Both the position numbers and the translations under genes were made by a program. A stretch of 15,390 nt of DNA from Naegleria gruberi (Eukaryota). The stretch lies in the NCBI GenBank assembly GCA_000004985.1, contig GG738966.1; one strand, given 5' to 3'. Shown piece by piece: positions 1 through 7,821 of this stretch; positions within the stretch are counted from its first letter, which is position 1; each line of letters opens with the position of its first letter. The notes beneath the pieces are model-generated. The model had not been told where the DNA came from, ran no database searches, and worked only from the letters and a program-made list of their open reading frames with translations.

Positions 1-1
1 G

Positions 2-265
2 AAGGTGATTGACCATTCACCAACAGGACTTGATGCAATCCTCTTGAATTCCTCCAGAACTCTCACCAACTTTGGTAATGAAGCTGTTGCCATTTATGTG
101 ACATGCCCAACATGTGCACCTGAAATTAAAACACCAGCCAAGAGTATTGCTAAGGAAAAGAAGAGAAGAGTCTTGATGTTGCACCAGAAACATTCGGAGA
201 GAAAGAATAATCATCATCAGCAGACGAGGAGATCTCATTCGGTGATTGGAATTGTTCATCATTGA
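2..265 (+). CDS. 3'-terminal fragment (about 88 codons) of a gene starting upstream of the window. It ends ...NEAVAIYVTCPTCAPEIKTPAKS followed by a basic, His-rich tail. Family not recognised.
   Basis: Frame 2 is open from the window edge to TGA at 263-265 and has no plausible start of its own. It carries a CxxC (zinc-ribbon-like) motif followed by KEKKRRV. It converges on the minus-strand gene that ends at 519. Confidence 0.4.
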   Translation, partial: KVIDHSPTGLDAILLNSSRTLTNFGNEAVAIYVTCPTCAPEIKTPAKSIAKEKKRRVLMLHQKHSERKNNHHQQTRRSHSVIGIVHH

Positions 266-518
266 TTTGCTTATTGGATGAGGAATTTAGAGATTTATTT
301 GCGAGAGAATTGATTTTTAATTTATTAAACTTTGTAATTTTAAATTGAAAGTATTTAAATGTAATATTTAATATTTAAAAAAAGTGTATTTACCCGCAAA
401 ATTCTTGCAGCAAGCTGGAACGTTTGTCTGCAAAGTCTGCAACAGACCTCAAGCGAAAAGTTAATAAAATGGATATGTTCTAAAAATAATCACTTTTTGA
501 ATTTGATTGAAAAAAAAT
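266..518. terminator. Convergent 3' intergenic region shared by the 2-265 (+) gene and the 519-2024 (-) gene. It is very AT-rich, except for a short GC-richer island at about 395-460, and has poly(A)-signal-like content.
   Basis: It lies between two stop codons (263-265 on the plus strand, 519-521 on the minus strand). It is AT-rich with TATTTA/TTTAAA-type elements, and there are no ORFs. Confidence 0.3.
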
Positions 519-2024
519 TTATTGTTCATTGTTGGTGTAGTACTTTGAATCGTACTCGGCAAAGTATTTCGGAAGAGGCTTCTTACTTGTTGGTATACCC
601 AGAAAGTTACTGTATGCCTTTAACAAAGGGTCTTTGTTTCTGTTCTCAACTGCTGATTCACGTGTACTTTGGAAGTATTTGTTGTATGTGACTAATTGAT
701 CAATAAGGGATGTTTTGAATTCTGGTGGACCTCGGATCTCATTATTAGAAATGATATTCATCTTCAGTAATTCAAAAAATACAAATGCAAATACTTGTCC
801 AGTATCTTTCTGCCTAATTTTGTCCCTTTGTTGAGGAGTTAAGTTAAATGTTTTACCATTTAATTCAATAGAAAAGCTTTCTTCAGTATTGGTGAGTACT
901 GAATGAAATTCTTCTGGAATGCGATCATTTCCAACCAATTTACAAGTTTCCATAATAGCATATTCTGGTTTTACATATTTGGAGTGGGAAACAATATCGT
1001 TAAATATTTGACTGAGATATTTGGATTTTTGATTTGATTCTACAGTTTTAAATTCAAGTCTCATTTTCAAGTCTTCTATTTCCTTGCTTTTCTTGGCTGA
1101 TTCTGAAGCAAAATGGTTTTGTAGACGATTGGATTCTGCTAATTTCTTCTCGAGTTCTGCATTTTCTTTCTTCAAAAAATGATTCTCTGAATTATCTTTT
1201 TCTGTATCCTTGTCATCATTAATTGGAGGAACAGCAAATAGATAATTTGTTGAGGTAACATTTTCCTCCTCTTCATCCATCTCTTCAGGGTCCAAACCAA
1301 GTGGTTTAGCATATAGATTACTCAATGGGAAATCATAATATTTTCCCTCTTGATATTTTTCAATCATTTCAGTTGAGCAACAAGTATCACAATCTATTTT
1401 CCAATGTAAAAATTTACAATTACACTCTTGCTTTGTAAACGAAATCAATTCAACAATTGCAACCTTAAGAGGCTCTGTTTCATGTTTGAGATAATATCTA
1501 TCATGTTCATGCAACTTATTATATGGAACATGAGCTACATTTTGAAGATTATTCACTTTACGAAATTGTAATTCTCTGTCAAAATCAAAAAATGGCTTTA
1601 GCACTTTCTGTATTTGTTCAATTTTTTCAATTAAAAACTGAAACAATTCTTCAACAGGGAGAGAGTAGGAGACAGTGGGAAAGTTTTCAAATTCACTGTT
1701 CTTTCTTTGTAAATGTTTCAAGTATTCATTGTAGAGAATAAGGATGTATACTAATTGATGCTTCTTAAATAATTGTTTGATAATGGATTTATCTGCTCGT
1801 ACTGTGATTTCTTGTTTTCTCAAATTCTCAATAAAGTTTGTCAATTTACCCACTTCAGGAGGTCCCTTGTTAATGGTTGCTGGTAATAATTCAACAGAAT
1901 ACCATTGCATTCCGACTGGCTCAAGTGGTTTCATTCTTAACTCAGACTCATCTTTCTTCTTCTTTGAGGAAGAAGAACTGTTGCTTGCACTTTTACGCTT
2001 TTGGGTTTGTTGACTAGTAGACAT
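519..2024 (-). CDS. Intact 501-aa protein of unknown function. The N-terminus is Ser/Lys-rich and NLS-like. A conserved-looking N-domain is followed by a Cys cluster (CNCKFLHWKIDCDTCC), an acidic stretch, a short coiled-coil and a C-terminal globular-looking domain. The motif GPPE[VF] appears in both the N- and C-terminal domains.
   Basis: This is a 1,506-nt uninterrupted ORF. Its start sits in a yeast-like context (aaaacaaaATGtct). Composition is non-random, with domain-like hydrophobic periodicity flanked by low-complexity linkers. I could not assign a family from memory. Confidence 0.7.
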   Translation of the reverse strand: MSTSQQTQKRKSASNSSSSSKKKKDESELRMKPLEPVGMQWYSVELLPATINKGPPEVGKLTNFIENLRKQEITVRADKSIIKQLFKKHQLVYILILYNEYLKHLQRKNSEFENFPTVSYSLPVEELFQFLIEKIEQIQKVLKPFFDFDRELQFRKVNNLQNVAHVPYNKLHEHDRYYLKHETEPLKVAIVELISFTKQECNCKFLHWKIDCDTCCSTEMIEKYQEGKYYDFPLSNLYAKPLGLDPEEMDEEEENVTSTNYLFAVPPINDDKDTEKDNSENHFLKKENAELEKKLAESNRLQNHFASESAKKSKEIEDLKMRLEFKTVESNQKSKYLSQIFNDIVSHSKYVKPEYAIMETCKLVGNDRIPEEFHSVLTNTEESFSIELNGKTFNLTPQQRDKIRQKDTGQVFAFVFFELLKMNIISNNEIRGPPEFKTSLIDQLVTYNKYFQSTRESAVENRNKDPLLKAYSNFLGIPTSKKPLPKYFAEYDSKYYTNNEQ

Positions 2025-2171
2025 TTTGTTTTTGATTCAGTTGTGGTTATTTTCCAAGTTTGATATATAGATAGTTGTTGTTCAATTTATTTAAAACAGA
2101 TTTGATCTTTTTTTAGATTGTTGTAAAAGAGTTGATTGAACCAGTCATTATTAAAAACTAATCCAAAAAAA
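2025..2171. promoter_or_regulatory. Short (about 147 bp) divergent promoter region between the start codons at 2024 (-) and 2172 (+). It contains the TATA-like element 'tatatagata' at 2064-2073 and an A-tract before 2172.
   Basis: It sits between two divergently oriented ATGs. There is a TATA-like motif, and A-rich -1..-8 contexts at both starts. Confidence 0.35.
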
Positions 2172-3159
2172 ATGGTTAAACATGCTTTTGCAAAATTTGC
2201 AACAGACTTTGAAAGGATTTCTGGTTTAAAATTTGTAAGTAATGGGAACCAATCACCAACCTTTCAAATGCCTGATTCTACTTCAAACACTACCCCTACA
2301 TCCAACAAAAGAAAAAGACAAATCTATGATTCCGAAATTTCTCCTGATGATAACAATTATTCAACATCAATACAATCTAAACAATACCATATTGGAGGTG
2401 ATGATACTTTTTCTTTTGCATTAAATATTGATAATGATTTGAATTCAATAACAACTTTAACATCACCAACACCCCTAGAACCTCATCAAATACAATCAGA
2501 AATATCTCCTATTAATAGTAATTCAACATCACTCAATTATCATCCTTTGAATGTTAAACCTGTTCATTTTACATCTCCAATAATTCAAAATAATAACCTT
2601 CTTTCCAAGCAATTATTTAATACATCATCAATGACAACCTATGAGTCAGTTATGGAAATATTATCATTTATTGTGGAAGCAAAGTTAAACAAAACTCAAT
2701 CACAAAGTTTTTTAAATCTACTTCACAAGTTATTACCTCCTTGTAATCTTCCAAATAAGATTTATGATTTGATGGATATGGTTACAGATATTGAGGATAA
2801 GTACTTCAAAGTTTACTTTTGTGAAGAATGTGAATCAGTTTCAAAACATTCTCAAACAATTTGTAAATGTGGTGAAATATTTGATATTAACAAATTCTTT
2901 TATATGATTGATTTTGATAAGGAATTATCTCTTAAATTTAATACACTTTCTTACTATGAGGCAACCAAATATTATTCTCATGAATATTTGAGAAAGAAGA
3001 AATCTCATGATATTATGCAAGAAATTTATGATGGGTCTACGTATCAAAAACAGATAAGTGCTTTTACAAGAATTCATAATAGTGAAGAAATTAATGTTTC
3101 CTATATTATTAACAATGATGGTGTTGCTGCTCATAAATCTAGTTCCAAATCCCCAGAGG
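2172..3159 (+). CDS. 5' part of a gene truncated by gap 1. About 230 aa of Ser/Thr/Asn-rich low complexity (with a KRKRQ NLS-like motif) lead into a region resembling the N-terminal zinc-finger/DG segment of Tnp2/Transposase_21 (CACTA/EnSpm-like) transposases. The gene is transposase-like or transposase-derived.
   Basis: The ORF is open from 2136, and the better start context is ATG 2172 (aaaaaaaATGg). It carries YFCEECESVSKHSQTICKCGEIF, which matches the Tnp2 pattern C-x2-C-x(about 10)-C-x-C-G. It also carries ...EIYDGSTYQKQISAFTRIHNSEEINVSYIINNDGVAAHKSSSKS, which matches the Tnp2 pattern ...D..W..F.......NV.LGL.TDGFNPF...SSS. The match is motif-level recall, not a database search. Confidence 0.5.
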
Positions 3160-5061
3160 NNNNNNNNNNNNNNNNNNNNNNNNNNNNNNNNNNNNNNNNN
3201 NNNNNNNNNNNNNNNNNNNNNNNNNNNNNNNNNNNNNNNNNNNNNNNNNNNNNNNNNNNNNNNNNNNNNNNNNNNNNNNNNNNNNNNNNNNNNNNNNNNN
3301 NNNNNNNNNNNNNNNNNNNNNNNNNNNNNNNNNNNNNNNNNNNNNNNNNNNNNNNNNNNNNNNNNNNNNNNNNNNNNNNNNNNNNNNNNNNNNNNNNNNN
3401 NNNNNNNNNNNNNNNNNNNNNNNNNNNNNNNNNNNNNNNNNNNNNNNNNNNNNNNNNNNNNNNNNNNNNNNNNNNNNNNNNNNNNNNNNNNNNNNNNNNN
3501 NNNNNNNNNNNNNNNNNNNNNNNNNNNNNNNNNNNNNNNNNNNNNNNNNNNNNNNNNNNNNNNNNNNNNNNNNNNNNNNNNNNNNNNNNNNNNNNNNNNN
3601 NNNNNNNNNNNNNNNNNNNNNNNNNNNNNNNNNNNNNNNNNNNNNNNNNNNNNNNNNNNNNNNNNNNNNNNNNNNNNNNNNNNNNNNNNNNNNNNNNNNN
3701 NNNNNNNNNNNNNNNNNNNNNNNNNNNNNNNNNNNNNNNNNNNNNNNNNNNNNNNNNNNNNNNNNNNNNNNNNNNNNNNNNNNNNNNNNNNNNNNNNNNN
3801 NNNNNNNNNNNNNNNNNNNNNNNNNNNNNNNNNNNNNNNNNNNNNNNNNNNNNNNNNNNNNNNNNNNNNNNNNNNNNNNNNNNNNNNNNNNNNNNNNNNN
3901 NNNNNNNNNNNNNNNNNNNNNNNNNNNNNNNNNNNNNNNNNNNNNNNNNNNNNNNNNNNNNNNNNNNNNNNNNNNNNNNNNNNNNNNNNNNNNNNNNNNN
4001 NNNNNNNNNNNNNNNNNNNNNNNNNNNNNNNNNNNNNNNNNNNNNNNNNNNNNNNNNNNNNNNNNNNNNNNNNNNNNNNNNNNNNNNNNNNNNNNNNNNN
4101 NNNNNNNNNNNNNNNNNNNNNNNNNNNNNNNNNNNNNNNNNNNNNNNNNNNNNNNNNNNNNNNNNNNNNNNNNNNNNNNNNNNNNNNNNNNNNNNNNNNN
4201 NNNNNNNNNNNNNNNNNNNNNNNNNNNNNNNNNNNNNNNNNNNNNNNNNNNNNNNNNNNNNNNNNNNNNNNNNNNNNNNNNNNNNNNNNNNNNNNNNNNN
4301 NNNNNNNNNNNNNNNNNNNNNNNNNNNNNNNNNNNNNNNNNNNNNNNNNNNNNNNNNNNNNNNNNNNNNNNNNNNNNNNNNNNNNNNNNNNNNNNNNNNN
4401 NNNNNNNNNNNNNNNNNNNNNNNNNNNNNNNNNNNNNNNNNNNNNNNNNNNNNNNNNNNNNNNNNNNNNNNNNNNNNNNNNNNNNNNNNNNNNNNNNNNN
4501 NNNNNNNNNNNNNNNNNNNNNNNNNNNNNNNNNNNNNNNNNNNNNNNNNNNNNNNNNNNNNNNNNNNNNNNNNNNNNNNNNNNNNNNNNNNNNNNNNNNN
4601 NNNNNNNNNNNNNNNNNNNNNNNNNNNNNNNNNNNNNNNNNNNNNNNNNNNNNNNNNNNNNNNNNNNNNNNNNNNNNNNNNNNNNNNNNNNNNNNNNNNN
4701 NNNNNNNNNNNNNNNNNNNNNNNNNNNNNNNNNNNNNNNNNNNNNNNNNNNNNNNNNNNNNNNNNNNNNNNNNNNNNNNNNNNNNNNNNNNNNNNNNNNN
4801 NNNNNNNNNNNNNNNNNNNNNNNNNNNNNNNNNNNNNNNNNNNNNNNNNNNNNNNNNNNNNNNNNNNNNNNNNNNNNNNNNNNNNNNNNNNNNNNNNNNN
4901 NNNNNNNNNNNNNNNNNNNNNNNNNNNNNNNNNNNNNNNNNNNNNNNNNNNNNNNNNNNNNNNNNNNNNNNNNNNNNNNNNNNNNNNNNNNNNNNNNNNN
5001 NNNNNNNNNNNNNNNNNNNNNNNNNNNNNNNNNNNNNNNNNNNNNNNNNNNNNNNNNNNNN
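3160..5061. other. Assembly gap 1 (1,902 N).
   Basis: Run of n characters. It hides the 3' part of the transposase-like gene and the 5' part of MAD1. Confidence 0.99.
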
Positions 5062-7744
5062 TCATCAACAAGTCTTAATGAATCTGTCAAGAATGTTCAA
5101 GGAACAAATGATGAAAATTTCGAAAATTATGTGCATGAAACTTTCGGAACAAATTCAAATAAGAATAATCAATCTATTGTGAATAGAAAACCAGCAATTA
5201 GTGTATTCGAGGATGAAAATATTGAAAAATCTACCATTGAGGAACAATATTTATTTGGTGCTGAGGATGAAGAACCATCGATGGAAACTAATGTAAATAG
5301 AAACTTTGAGAAAAGACCTTCTCAACAATCCAACAATCAATTTTCTTCTCCTTTGAAAAAGAGAAAATTAGCTTCACAACAATTAATTTCTAATGCTGGT
5401 CATACGGAAGTTGAGGATGAGGAAGAAGATTTGGCCAATTGTTCACTTGTCATTTCACCACCTCCTTTTGATGAAGAGGAAACATCCTCTGCTGCCAATA
5501 ACATGCTCTTTGGAAATGATGAAGAAAATGTGAGTGGACCAATATTGGAAGCAGGTCTCTACACTGGACGATCCAGGGATAGAAAGAGTAGAATTAAAAG
5601 TAGTTACTATGAGCCAGGATCACCACTCAATACTGGCCTTGAGAATAATCCTTCAATGATCATTTCGAGTTCACCACTCTTGAAATATACAGTACCATCG
5701 ACGGAGAGTGCCAGCAACAACAACATGCTAAATGATAGTATTACCAATAGAAGCTCTATTCTCAATGAGAGTCTCAGGGAGAGGGACGACATTATCGATC
5801 AATTGAATAATGAAGCTGAGGGAGAGAGAAGAAAACTCAAAGAATACAAGCTTCTCATCGAAAAACTTCAATCAGAGAATGCTCACCTCAAGCAACAAAA
5901 CTCTTCAATCAAAAAGAAGAATGAGGAAATACTGATAGAAACAGAAAAGGAAAATAACACTAGGGAACTTGAAATTCAATCTTTGAAAGAGAAAATTGCC
6001 GAACAACAAACCACTATTAACTTACAAAATCTTTCCAAGACTCAAAAAGAATCTAAATTTACAAGAAATTGAAAGTAAAATATCTGGAATCAACAAGACT
6101 GTAGAGACTTTGAAAAGTGATATTGTACAAAAGGACATTACCATAGAAACTCTCAATAGTCAAATTGAATCAATGAACAAACAATTGGAGGAAGCATCAA
6201 CTACCAATTCTGAACTAATGACCGTCTATCACTCTCAAAAACATGAATTTAATTTATTAAGCCATGAATATGAAATACTAACATTCAAGACTTCACAATA
6301 TGATTCAAAGATTCAAGAACTTGACCAATTACAAGATGAAATCAAGACACTCAAAGCAGAGCTAAATGAAAGAAATGAGGACAAGAAAAAGATACGAATC
6401 TTGGAAGCGGAATTGCAAAAGGCCAGTGAATCTCTCCAATCACAAGAAGTTCTCAAGGAAGCCATCAAGGACTTTGAATCTGAGTTGACCAAGTTGGAAG
6501 TTCTTCGAATTGAAAATAGTTCACTCGAGTCCAAGTTGTACAATACTGAATCACTTTTAAAGAGCTGGGAAAGTGCCTTCCCTAATAATACTCCATCGGA
6601 TGTAAACTACAATATCAAGTTACAAGCCAAGAAAATAACTCGCCTCGAAGAAACCATTCAAGAAGTGAATCAAGAAAAGTTTGACATTGCCAAGCATGTG
6701 GAACGTTTAACTGTGGAGTTGGAATCAAGGGAGACAGAATGTGCCGAGCTTCGAAATGAAAACAAGCAACTCGAAGAGAAACTGGCCAGCACTGAAGTAA
6801 AGCTCTTCGCTGCCAAGAACCAATTGGAGAGCTCTATGAAATTTGCTCACATCAACGACAAGGAAGAGGCTATGAATGCTGCTGCCGATGAGGAAACTAA
6901 GGAAAAGATAGGCCATCACATGAGTAGAATAGCTGCCCTTGAAAAGATCATTGAGGAGAAGGATGTAAATACTCGTGAACTATTTGAAAGATTGGATATT
7001 TTGCAAAAACAAATAATTGACAAACAGACTCTTATCGAAAACTTTGAACATGAAGTGGAGAAGGTTAATGCTCAAAAGTTGGAAGTTCAAACCAAATCAG
7101 ATGAATTACAGGTACGAGTTGAAAAATTGGAAAAGAACAGAGACGCTCTCGAATTGGAAATTGCAAACTATGAAAAGAGACTAGGAAAGGGAGAATACAA
7201 TAAGGAGAAATTCAAAATTCTTCACATGAAAATCAACCCAGAAATTGAGGCCAAAAAATCCAGTGACAATGACATTGAACGATTAAAGACAGAAAATAAG
7301 CTCCTCACCGAAGAAATTACCTCCCTCAAAGAGCAATTACAAATCTCCTCCAACGATAATGCCTCCAGCTCAATTAACAATCAACGAGAAATTGAAAAGC
7401 TCAAAGAAGAAAATGCAGATGCCCAACGCAGAATTACCAAGCTCAAAGAAGTTTTCCAAAAGAGAATTAACGAATTTAGAAAATCAATCTATCTCTTATT
7501 TGGTTTCAGAGTTGATGTCATTGAAAATAATCGATTCAGATTGAGCAGTATGTATGCAGAATCTCCAGAAGATTATCTCATCTTTGAAAGTGATGGAAAT
7601 GCCATGAAACTCTTAAACTCTGAATTTGCTTGTTCACTAGAGGAAAAATCCATGAGATTTTTAAAGAATTTCAGATCCATTCCTGGATTTTTATGTTCCA
7701 TTACTTTGGATTTATTCAACAAGCAAACCGTTTTCACCCAATAA
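5062..7744 (+). CDS. MAD1: Spindle assembly checkpoint protein MAD1. The 5' end is missing in gap 1. Frame 1 (5062-6072) and frame 2 (5996-7744) are two halves of one gene separated by a single-nucleotide frame disruption between about 6030 and 6072. The stop is TAA at 7742-7744.
   Basis: The C-terminal domain RINEFRKSIYLLFGFRVDVIENNRFRLSSMYAESPEDYLIFESDGN...SIPGFLCSITLDLFNKQTVF aligns with the Mad1 C-terminal/RLK region (compare S. cerevisiae ...FIDVVNSLLGFKLEF...QLPCFLATITLRLWEQRQ and human ...SIPAFLSSLTLELFSRQTVA). It is preceded by about 580 aa of heptad-rich coiled coil that continues seamlessly across the frame junction. Frame 1 has no stop from 5062 to 6072. Confidence 0.85.
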
Positions 7745-7821
7745 TAATTTTGATTCATTATTATTAATATAGTTAAAACTTTCATCAGTAAACAATCCAA
7801 ACTTGGAAAAACTATAAAAAC

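Noticed and set aside
17-262. 81-aa minus-strand ORF opposite the 2-265 fragment
   Set aside because: The plus-strand frame is open to the window edge and carries a sensible CxxC motif followed by a basic tail, while the minus-strand ORF is Met- and low-complexity-rich and likely spurious.
395-460. tRNA gene or solo LTR in the GC-rich island
   Set aside because: There is no acceptor/T-arm complementarity, no GTTCGANTCC box and no LTR termini (TG...CA).
497-2013. Small plus-strand ORFs 497..691, 1523..1741 and 1777..2013
   Set aside because: They are antisense or alternate-frame ORFs inside the well-supported 519-2024 minus-strand gene, and their composition mirrors that gene's codons.
2242-2424. 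60-aa alternate-frame ORF inside the transposase-like gene
   Set aside because: It overlaps the longer A-context-initiated ORF and has no support.
2925-5090. Long minus-strand and plus-strand ORFs (2925..5090 -, 3131..5071 -, 2136..5078 +, 3058..6072 + upstream part) made of runs of X
   Set aside because: They are produced by translating N runs. Only the portions outside 3160-5061 carry information.
2172-7744. A single transposase-MAD1 fusion gene spanning gap 1
   Set aside because: The frames differ (3 versus 1), the gap size is uncertain, and there is no evidence for fusion. The two are treated as separate genes, each truncated by the gap.
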